From the NCBI GenBank assembly GCA_039545335.1, contig BCIN01000005.1:372001-436000 (forward strand): a stretch of 64,000 nt of DNA, read 5' to 3'. The DNA comes from Kondoa subrosea. Taxonomy: Eukaryota. Shown here piece after piece: positions 12,028 to 22,561 of this stretch (positions are counted from its first letter, which is position 1; each line of letters begins with the position of its first letter). The notes below the pieces were generated by a model. It had not been told where the DNA came from. It did not search any database and was given only the letters and a program-made list of their open reading frames with translations. The translations under genes were made by a program, and so were the position numbers.

Positions 12028-12418
12028 GATGCACAATTGAAGCCAGCTTGAGAAATACTTGGAGCAATGTTTTTCGCTGGAATCTGGCCGCTGTAGCGTG
12101 TTTCAAGCGGCAGAAAGACGTAAGGATATATCTGCTACTGTATTCGAACTATTTGAGTCACAATGCAGCGCGATTTGAGTCTGATGATCGTTGCAGAAAG
12201 AAACAGGTTATTCTCGTTCAGCCGGGTCACAAAGGCTTGAAGAGACTATCAAGAGCAATTGCTTGTTCGCCAGCCCAGATTACAGCCTGACTTCCAATCC
12301 TCGATCCCCCTCCTTTGCGCAGTGAACAGACTGCTAACCGACGAAACCTCGCTGGAAGAGTCCTAAGTGCTTTGACTGTCGCAACCATCAATACCAGCAA
12401 CCTGTATCACTATATCAG
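11159..12418 (-). repeat. Inverted duplication, right copy
   Basis: Reverse complement of 1..~1246. Confidence 0.95.
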
Positions 12419-12889
12419 CAAGCGTTCAGACATGACTGAAATCAAGAAGAAAGGAAAGAACAGAGTTTGTCCAATCTTCTTGTGCTTTGTACACAGCGCC
12501 CACTTAGGACAATGAGAGGAGCTATTCAATCTGACCTGAACTCGCTGATTCATGCACGTCGGATTAGAAAGGAGAAGCGAAAGCTTGCACGAGTGCAACA
12601 GGAGAAACAATAGCTCTCAGCCAAGGGAGAAGATGCCCTGCTCTACGATCAACCAGAATAGCAACCAGAATAACCAGAATAGAGAAGAGAGGGTAACACG
12701 ATGTGCAATTCGATGTAAATTCACGGTAAGGCCAAAGAAAGTGGGTATGCCTACAATGGGCCGAAAGAATGTTTGTTATTTTCAAGCATGAACGAATGGT
12801 ATAGCGCCTAGAACTTTTGTTGATGATGAGGCTTGATCTTGAACGAGGGTAGAAGTAGTAGTAGTACAGATAATGATTGACCAAAAAGA

Positions 12890-14138
12890 TTAGACATCGA
12901 CATATCTGTCAGTATATGATAACACATGAGCCTCGCAGAGCTTTAGTGACCAAGTACTGACATTAGCAGGGGTTCTCCAACGTCCGTCACTTCCGGCTAA
13001 CCACGTAATGAGCTATATGCCAATCAATAGGAGGAGACGAGCTTACGATAGTCGACTTCAAGTCAAAAGCTTTTGAAAGTACGATCTTGAAGATCTATGA
13101 CTAGCGATCAGCAGATGGCTAGCATACATGCTGTCTGAACTTCACCTTTTGAACATTGATTGAATGTGACGTCGAGCAATATATCAAGGGTGCCTTCATA
13201 GCCCTTGCAAATCTTCTCGACTGCCTTGTGATTTCTTCCTGTTCATCTCTTGAGAAGGTCGAGAAATGATCGTACTTTGTGCCAACCAGAAACGGAATGG
13301 CCGTCTGCTAAGAGCAATTAGCAACAAATCAAAGACGGTGATACAATCACTCTGACCTTGTTGAAGCCTCTTACTTGCCTGTACCATTCTTTGATCGAGT
13401 TTAGAGTTGATTTCCGGGACAAGTCAAACATGAAGAGTATTGCTACGGCATCATTGCAGACCAGTGGGAGCATGTTTACCTGTTCGCAAGAATACAGCTA
13501 CGTCAGCTGAGTGGAGCAACGTATGTCATCCAACGAACGAATTCTCTCTGTCCTCCAAGATCCCCTGTTTATCGATATAAGCTTCATTCGGCCGGAGAAG
13601 AACACGATAGCTTACATATGCTGAAAGTAATCTCTGTATTCCTGATCGAGATCTGTCAAGGTAAGACGTAAGCTGCCATTTATCGCCAAGTCTAGTCAAC
13701 TCACTGTCTTTTCCATGAAATTTACTCCAAGCGTTTGCTATCATCAAGAGCAATATGAGCTTTGGCAGTGACCACATAGCGAATAGACTGACTATGTAGT
13801 CATCGTCGAAAGATCCCTCGACGCTGAACAGAAGCACATAAGTTCGCTCCGACCTATTCGCGCGCAAGGGGAACAGACTATTTGACCATCAAGCTCGTCT
13901 TGCCTATCTGAGAATCTCCAACCATGCCGACCTGCAAGAACACACCCATGCTACTTAGCTGATGTCCAGCTTGAGCGAATGCACTGAACTTGCCTTGATC
14001 ACCACACTGTCAGAGAATTCAGCTTGAGGTAAGCTACAGCAGCTAAACCAAGCCAGTCCATGCTGACCTGTTCTTTCCCTCCTCTGCTTCCGCCTGTTGC
14101 TGCTGCTGACTTTGCCCTGCATCTGTTGAACCCGACAT
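12890..14138 (-). CDS. TEM1: Tem1/Spg1 small GTPase (mitotic exit / septation initiation)
   Basis: Many small exons give [94 protein letters not shown]..., ending GEPLL.YVDV. Confidence 0.93.
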
Positions 14139-14306
14139 TTGCTTCTAGCTCCCAGCGCTCTCAGGCCTAGCGCTTCAAGATCCTACACGAGGGTCACACG
14201 TCAAGGTATCCAGCCTTGCTAATGTGTGTGTATCAATTCAAGCAAGTAAGTCGAAGTTCGTGAACAATGAAAGCACGGGGCCTCTTTCGCGAAGTGGTGT
14301 GAAGAT

Positions 14307-15565
14307 TTAACGATATCTAAGTCTTCTACAACTTAGCAGGTACTCCAATTCAGGTTGCGCTTTCTCCTCCATCTTCTTCTCTCCTGCTTGTTCTTGAGAA
14401 ACCTCCATAGCTAAATCTCTTCCTTGAGCATCAACGAATCCCAAAGGACCGCAATCGCAATCGGCACCTGTATGTAATTTTCAATGTCTTTACCGAACAA
14501 TATCGGGAGAGAAGAATGAAACGCACATGTAAGGTATTTCAAGGTTCCGAGAGTTTTCGAAAATCCCACATTGTCGAAAGTCAATGGAGAAGGTGGTTGC
14601 ACAGACCAACAATCTTGATCTTGTTGATCTTCTTCAGGTGGGAAATCAGGTAAAGCAGGTGTAGGTTTTGCTTGAGGATTAGAAAGCTGTCCACTACTAT
14701 CAGAGTCAAGTTTGCGAAGTGATGATAAGACGGACTGGACTTTGATCCCTCTTGACCAGAATTGCATGACCTTTCCTTAACAGCAAACACTTGCAACTTC
14801 TTCGAGGACAAAAGAAATCAAACTTGTTCTTCCCTTGCGAATCAATCAAATCATCTTTTACTTCAGCCCATCTTTTGCCTGGATTCCTTATCTCCTCCTC
14901 TCGTAAGGAACAACTCATTTCCATCCATGGATCAGGACCATGTTGGACTTCACTTATGGCCCTCGATTGCAACCCAACTTTCTCATACAACCCTTTGACT
15001 AAAGGTTCATGCGAAAGTAAGACCAAAGTATCGTATTTCTTGCTAGCTTTTAATCGAGTGATATATTCTTTTAGTAAAGCTTTGCCTATTCCTTGACCAC
15101 GCATAGAAGAAGAAACAACGACAGAATGTAAAGCGACGTGCGATCCAGATGGATCATGTTTAGACATGGATTCGTGTGTTAAGGTAGAAGAAGTGGTCAA
15201 GGTTGATGTACAGAATCCTATTAGTCGACGAGGGGAAGGAGGGAGCCATGTGTATGCTCCAAGGCTAGATGAGAAAGTCAGACAAAGACAGTATAGGGCT
15301 TTAGGATGCCAGCACACAAGAGTTCAGGCGCATGATATTGACGATATCTGCACATGTAGATAAGGATTGTGAGCTATTCAGAGGAAAGATTGAACAAACT
15401 GCAGCTTCTCGAGACTTGCTGCTTCTTCAGGCGGAAATGCTATGACATACTTATCAGCTTCACGCGCAGAGAGTCATCGGTGCTGATCCTACCTTCTTGC
15501 TCTAGATCACACGCTGCAGGTACTTCAAACTCAGAAAGCCAATCATAAGTCACACCAGAAGTCAT
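14307..15565 (-). CDS. GNAT acetyltransferase (Paa1/AANAT-like) fused to an Mss4/Dss4-like domain
   Basis: FPPEEAASLE, LTHESM..H, VALHSVVV...RGQGIG, LYEKVG...HG.DPW.EM, then FCPRRSCKCLLL...FDNVGFSK...KYLTCA.CDCGPLG in one spliced frame. Confidence 0.8.
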
Positions 15566-15690
15566 CGAAGTTGAATGTCAAGCAAGAAGGTCTCGACAAA
15601 TATTGGTCATGTGTGCTAGTATTCTGTACTCTAGGTTGTAATTAATCTATTATGCATAACTTTGAATCTTCTGACATCTATACACCAAAT

Positions 15691-17449
15691 TCAAAGAACG
15701 AAAGCGAAAACAGCAATCAAGCCCGAGAAGAGACCTAAGCCATGCAGTGAAGAAGCTGAGCTTGTATTAGAAGCGGAGACAGCAGCTTGAGCGTTTCCGG
15801 AAACTGAGGCTGATGCAAGAGCGGCTGAATCGCTTGATTCTGCTGATGAAGTTGGAAGAGCTGATGATGCTCCGAAAGTCTGAATGCCTGTACTTGTAGC
15901 ACTTGCAGTAGCATAGTAGCTGAATAGAAAGAAAATCAGTACATACTCGCTAGTGGTGCATCTTTACTTACGCGCTGCTCTGGCTTGACAAGAAAGAATT
16001 CTGGGCTGTTGTGTTCGCACGATCGTTTCCACCACACTGGCCGACCGTTGTAAAGTAGAAGTAGCGATCAGTTTCATTGTTTGGCTGAGGAGCTTGACAG
16101 ATAGGGCTTGATAGTCTCTTAAGCTTAAGTAACAGCGCGTAGAATATAGCTCACTCGGAAGTGCTACCGCACACATTCATATTCATGTGCGTAGTCGCGT
16201 TATAACCAAAGTAGTAGACTGGACAATCGGAATTAGCGTGTCACACACAAGATTGATCTTAATCAAAGCTCACAGAGGGTGGGAGTACGAGTGTCTGCAT
16301 TTCCCAATTAGCCTTGGAATAGAGGCCAAATCGTGACACTCACAGTTTGCGCTTTCTGCGATCTTGTAAGGAATGGGATCGTTGTTGGCAATACCAGTTT
16401 CTCCAGCTTCGCCTAAACACCGCATTGTTTGGTATAAGGATTTCTGGAGGCATAGACAAGATATCTCACCTTGGAACAAGCTCTGATACAGCGCAGCGGC
16501 TGGAGCATTAACAGTCTAGAACCTGAATTTAGTCCAAAGCACATCATGTGAGGCAAAAATATTAACCAGAGGTGCTCCGTAGTTATGACTCTGATGGAAA
16601 GCTACTGATAAGCCACTGCCTTCTCACAATGCACAAGAAGCACGCACCCATCGAACTCTTCCAGCCCAACCGAGATCGATTGATCCAACGATTGAAAGCA
16701 TTCCCCCAAAACCATGACCAGCAAGTGACCTGTTCAGAGTAGTATCAGCCTTAATCCTTTCACACCATTCGTCGGAAACAAACCATTGATGACCAGTCCT
16801 TTCAACAGCAGCAGCAGCAATAGCCCAATTATTTGTAGCTTGCCTCGCTTCGACGTACGCTTGCACAGCTTGAGCATTTCCAGTACAATTTTGACATGTA
16901 CCTAAACCGAGTGCTTGATCCAAATTAACGGAAGAATCGTTCAATTGGTTCTCGATGCCGTAGTTTCCTTTGAAGACGACCACGACTTTGTCCATCTCTG
17001 CTCAGGTTCCAAGTCAGATCGGAACATGATTAGATCAAGTACTTCTTACCTGGAATGATCACAGTCTAAAGTGGGAGGTAATGAGTGTTCAAAACTATAT
17101 CAGAGAAGAAGAAAGATGACATACGAAACCTTCAGCTCCATGCTCTGTTGGTCCAAAGCGTTCAATCACTTCCCAAGGTCTAGCAGTAGAATCAGGGAAA
17201 GATCTCGACAGAGCAGCTTGGGTGAATGTTTGCTGAGCACAGATAGTATCGTAATCTGGGCTGTAAGCTGCCATAGAGAGGATAGCATGATATCTGTTAT
17301 GCCATACTAAAAGTAACAACGTGAGATAGTTGCTTCTGATGGACGATGTGAGGCTTACCAGCATCTGGCGACACATCTACTCCGTTGATGTATTGAGCAC
17401 TTGTAAGGCTTGCGAAAGTCGAGAGCACAAGAAGAGCAGCAGACAGCAT
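15691..17449 (-). CDS. Secreted, GPI-anchored lipase class 3-like protein (catalytic Ser absent)
   Basis: Signal peptide MLSAALLVLSTFASLTSA. Motifs LSMAAY, VVVVFKG, LAGHGFGG, NYGAP, NNDPIP. S/T/A-rich stalk and hydrophobic tail LGLFSGLIAVFAFVL*. Confidence 0.75.
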
Positions 17450-18149
17450 TTGTGAATGGTAAGCGAAAGAGTACGTGCTGCACTGTTCGGAATCGAAGTT
17501 GAGTTCTGGGACCCTTTGTTGTTTTCCGGGTCGAGAGTGGTTGAGTAAGAGTAAAGACAGGCAAGACGAATGATAAGACAGAAACAAGATGCTTGGTATA
17601 ACGTAACAGGAGGGAAGGAAGGCAAGGTGAAGAGGAAAGAAACCCAAAGCCAAGTCTTAAGCCAAGCTTCGTTGTTTTCGGTGACAACCTGCCGGGGCTT
17701 CGAGCGGGCGATCAAAACAACGATCTGGCGAAGTAGGCAAGCGAATAGACGGTGTAGCAACCAGGAAAGCGGTGATTGACGTCCGAGAGTCATTGACGAG
17801 ACATGTTCCCTATCGCTCAGAAACTTGTTCAACAGATTTGCCTGGTAATGGAAGACACGAGAGCAGACTATTTGATCTTGATTGCAGGGTACGATGTATA
17901 AGCACAACGGAAAACACAGACACCAGAGGCGGGAATGACTACATAGAAAGCGCAAAACCAGATTGTTAGGGCTGTTCAGCCTATCGAGGGAATCACACTT
18001 TGTGCAGCACTGCACTGAGCCGATCAGACTTGTACGTGAGACTTCTGTGCTGGTTAAAAGGGCATACAGTCATCGACGCCTCGGATCAAGCGAGAATAAA
18101 GAAGCTCAACTTCAGACGGCCGCTCCAACAAGGCTCTTATAGATTCTCG

Positions 18150-20244
18150 ATGTACTCCAACAGCAGCAACGCAGGCTTGTCGACAATAGACACATTGCAG
18201 GCATTCATTAGTCAGTTCTCGCTGAATGTGTCGCGAAGCCGCTCGGTGCTGACAGATATCTTGATACAGCGCGTGCTTGCGATGAATACAGAGGCGAGCC
18301 AGTGCGTGTCAAGCGAAGCTCAATCACTACCAGGGTTGACTATTCAAGCAGGACCTATCCTTGAATTTGGAGATTGCCGAGTACATCAACTCGAAGAAGG
18401 CCAATACGTGCGTTGGACATCGCATTGAAAGCATCTATCAGTGCTTAATGTTGGATGTTGCCAATGTACAGACCGCGAGAAGCAGCTGTAGCGACTATCA
18501 AACTCATCAACAATCGCAATCAGCATGTTTCAATGCTTGCACTTTACGTCCGTTTGGGTTTGTCGACTGTCTGATTCCTAACTAACTGAAAATACATACA
18601 GCTTCTCGACATCCTAGTCAAAAACTGTGGCTATCCTTTTCATCTACAAATAGCAACCAAAGAGTTCTTGAATGAACTCGTTCGACGCTTCCCAGAACGG
18701 CCCCCTTCGCTTTACCCTCCACCAATGGCCAAGATTCTCGAATTAGTACATGAGTGGAAAGCAACTATATGCGTCACGAGTAGACATAAGGAAGATCTAG
18801 TGCATATACGCGATATGCATCGTTTGCTGATGTACAAAGGTAGGTCCTCAATCACGCTGATATGCTTCGAAGGCTAACGCATCATTAGGATATCGCTTTC
18901 CTGATTATGACAAGCGAGCTGCAGCAGTACTAAATCCTACCGAAGTGAGAATCTTTGATTCGGCCCATTCAGCTGACCGACGCTGACAATTTGTTCTTAG
19001 AACCTCAAGAGCCCAGATGAATTAGAAGAAGACGATAGATCAGCTCAATCAGCTGTGCGTTATCCCCTTGTTCCGTACTGGATTACTTTACAATGAGCTC
19101 ATCATGTTGGACCTTAGAAACTGCAAGAACTGATACGAAGAGGCACACCTAAAGATTTAGCAGCAGCGCAAAAACTCATGAAGCTTTTATCTGGTGCCGA
19201 ACCGGAAAAGAGACCTGATTACGAAGGTCAAACTCAGAAAGAGTTGCAAATCATTCAGCAACGGATTCTAATGTTGAATGAGATGTTGGATAATGCTAGA
19301 CCGAATGAAAGATTCGCTGAAGGAGATTCATTTGATGTACGCCATGTCGAAGGTGCATATCGGTCTTTACTGATAGTGCGCTGTGATGGCTACAGCAAAT
19401 CGCTTCGAGGAGTAGGGCAGTACAGCCGAAGATTCAAAAATGGATTTCGGATTCAGAAAGCGATCCAGATCAAATGGGTACGTGAAAGAACTTCAGATGT
19501 ATGTTATCTACTGAGTTCTTGTTGATGTACAGACAAGTTGCTCCTCATCAACGATCTGATAAATCAAGTACTGGATCGATATTCAGCGTTCAAAAAAGGT
19601 GATAGGAACGCTGTAGTAGACATCAATCCTGCGTAGGCCAGACCGCTCTAGCTGCTGTTCCACATTGACCTCTTGGTTCCAGCTTCATGAAAACCACTTC
19701 AACTAAAGACAAGAATGGAACTACAACGACTCGTACTAAAACAGCACCTCTCAATCTTATCGACTTCGATGATTCAGCACCTGCAACGTCACCAGTCCCC
19801 TCGACATCAGCTCAGGCTTCTTCTTCAGGCATGTCAGATCTGGATGCCCTCTCTTCTCTATCGCTTGGGTCTGGTTCTACCTCTTACTCCAATCCTCTGT
19901 CTCTTCCGAGCAGCAATACAAATTCGAGTAATGCTCTACCTCTCGATCTTTTCGGTTCATCAACTCCACCACTTCAAGCTTCTTCCTCCTCGGCGTCAAA
20001 ATCTTCACGTCCAGCTCAACAAAACCCTATGAATTTCTTTTCTTCCACCACTACTACACCTCAATCTAACAATTATCAACCGAATTATCACACTGCTCAA
20101 CAAGCTCAACAGCAGAAACAGTCCACCGGAATCAGTATGAATGCTAGTATGAATGGACATCAACAGCAGCAGCAAAGGAATTTTCCGGCTGCCTCTCAAC
20201 CTGCAGTAAAAAAACCAGATCCTTTTGAAGACTTGTTGCTCTGA
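18150..20244 (+). CDS. Gga-family VHS-GAT clathrin adaptor
   Basis: LNLEIAEYINSKK, LLDILVKNCGYPFHLQIATKEFLNELVRRFPERP, DMHRLLMYKGY.FP, AKLQELIRRGTP.DL..A. Clathrin box LIDFD. Confidence 0.9.
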
Positions 20245-20705
20245 AGAAGAACAAGAAGACGATGCGGGCTGATAGGAAGCTGAGAACGTGTCCTCATAGA
20301 ATGCAATGCATAACTACACTCATATTGGTTTACACTATGGCTCAGCTAAAGAAACCCTAAGGAGGTAGCACATAGTGATCTTTGAGTGTAGTACCGCGCT
20401 CTAGCCAGCGCGAAGCAGCTATGTGCCTGCTGTTTGTAAAAACAGCTTGGAATACATCGAACTCGAATATTGAGAACTCTGGGCAAGTTGGTATGGTCCA
20501 AGCCTTTTCGGTGCATAGATCGGTACCCTGCTGTTTCATATTAGGCGACAGATAGACCGGCCGTGTCGAAACAACCCCCAAGTTTCGTCAGACCTCTGTT
20601 AAACAGGAGCTGCCATCTACTCGTGCCCTGTTTGACTTCTGCTGCTACTCTAGCCCTTCTAATACATCTAGAGCTCTCCCTAGAGCCAAGTCCTATTGAT
20701 CCGTC

Positions 20706-21930
20706 ATGAGTTCTCGAGGGTAAATCCGCAATCTCGAGCCAATTCGTTTATCTCGCTCAGTGTTCATTCTTTCTTTGTTCTGGCTTCACAGAATGGATGA
20801 TGCTGACGTAATGGCGGAATTGAAGAAAAGTAGGTTCATTTCTAAGCTCCTGGGGTTGTATTACGAGAATCTAACGTTTCCTGTCTGTGCGTTAAGTGAC
20901 CGCATTCATCAAGGTAAGCATGCACATGTTTTCTGCTCCTACGATAGCCTCTGAAATGATCTTATTTGTAGCAAGAAGCTCTGGAGAAAGCTCGCGAGAT
21001 CAAGGTGAAAGCGGACGAGGAGTTCGCTATCGAGAAGGCTCGTTCCTCCTTCTGTGCTCGTAATACGTGCTCAATGGTACTATAGGGCAAGATTGTTCGT
21101 CAGGAGAAGATCAACATTGATGCTTCTTACGAAAAGAAAGCCAAACAAGTTGAAATTCAGAAGAAAATGTAGGTTTTGGGAATCTGGTATCAGCTTCTTG
21201 CTGATCCGTTGGTCACCAAATACTACAGCTCCGCTTCCAATCAGACCAACAAAGCTCGTCTTCAACTATTACAAACTCGCGAAGAATTACTCGAAGAAGT
21301 CTTTGAAGCTGCTCGATCCAAGACTTCCGAGTCAGCTGGCGATAGCGAAAAGTATGGGGAACTCTTAAAATCACTCATCTTACAGGTGAGTAGGCTGGAA
21401 TCGTTTTCCCTTCCCAGGGATATGCATTCTGACTCTTCACAGGGCTTGTATACCTTGATGGAAAAAGATATCCAAGTCATCGGTCGCAAGAAGGATGAGG
21501 AAGCGCTCAAGAAAGCCGCTGGAGAGGCAGCAGAGACTTTCAAGTCCGAAGCTGGTTACGAAGTCAAGGTGGAAGTTCAAGATGGTCTACCAGAAGAAGG
21601 GTCAGTTTTGCTCTGTCATCTAGCTTTCTTTAGGCTAGAATGGATGAGTAACTGACAGGAATGGAGGCGTCAAGCTCATCGGTTATGGTAACCGAATTAC
21701 GGTCGATAATACTTTGGACGAGAGAATGAGGTTATTGGAAGAACAGGTCAGTGAAGAGGATCTTCGATGCAATTTGAGTGCTCAAGAACACCGGTGTCAT
21801 TGACAGATGCTACCGCAAATCCGTTCCTCGCTATTCGGACCTAATCCCAATCGAAAGTGCGTCAAAATGGTGAAAGCTCAGGCTGAAGCTGATCTTGACC
21901 CTTTTTTCGTCGCACAGATTCTACACTTGA
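20706..21930 (+). CDS. VMA4: V-ATPase V1 subunit E
   Basis: AFI.QEALEKAREIKVKADEEFAIEK, ASNQTNKARLQLL, GGVKL...RITVDNTLDERM.LLE.QMLP.IR..LFG.NPNRKFYT. Confidence 0.95.
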
Positions 21931-22561
21931 ACAGAACAGTGTCGTAGTATAGCGGGAAGGTGAGCATGACGTCTGACCGCAGTCTTTAACAATTCTGACG
22001 ATCCGAACAGGGCATCATACTCAGTAATAGACACCCATTTGTGCATCTGATTTTTTGAATACACCAATTCCTCCGTGCTCTTCCCCGTCTTCTTGTTGTT
22101 TCGAGGCGTTGCTATCAGACATGCCTCTGAGCATCTTCTTTGCTTGTCTTCTGACTCTTGCTGTTTCTTCTGTAGCATCAAGGTGAAGTTCGGCCGCTAA
22201 TGTCCGTTGGTCAAGTTGCACGATTAATTGTCCAATTAATGTCAAGTGAGGTGATGAAATGGCAGAAGGGGTAAAGAGAGTCAGAATTGAGATAAAAGAT
22301 AGTAAGTAAGAAATCTCGATGTAGCCTAGCGTACTATGGAGCTCGCGACTTGATTGGCTGTGTCTTTGACAATTGCATTTACAGCTGCAAATGCAGACTG
22401 CGACTTGACTTCTCCCGTGTCTACCACCTAGGGCTGTTGCTCTGCATCGTCAAATGGGTGCTTCCTGAGAAGACTCTCTCTGCTTGCCTGATCCTCAGCG
22501 ATCACTCACCTAGCTTGGAAACCGATAAACTTGCTGTGTTGATCTTTACGTTCTCGAGACG

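Noticed and set aside
1..12418. Large DNA transposon with terminal inverted repeats
   Set aside because: The inverted arms are a host gene plus its upstream region. The interior holds housekeeping genes and no transposase. The outer left end is outside the window, so no TSD can be tested.
17377..18015. Long overlapping ORFs upstream of the lipase-like gene
   Set aside because: These are shadow ORFs in a CT-rich divergent promoter region with no protein-like features.
21921..22245. Short minus-strand ORFs downstream of VMA4
   Set aside because: No recognisable motif or supported gene structure. They overlap the likely VMA4 3' UTR.
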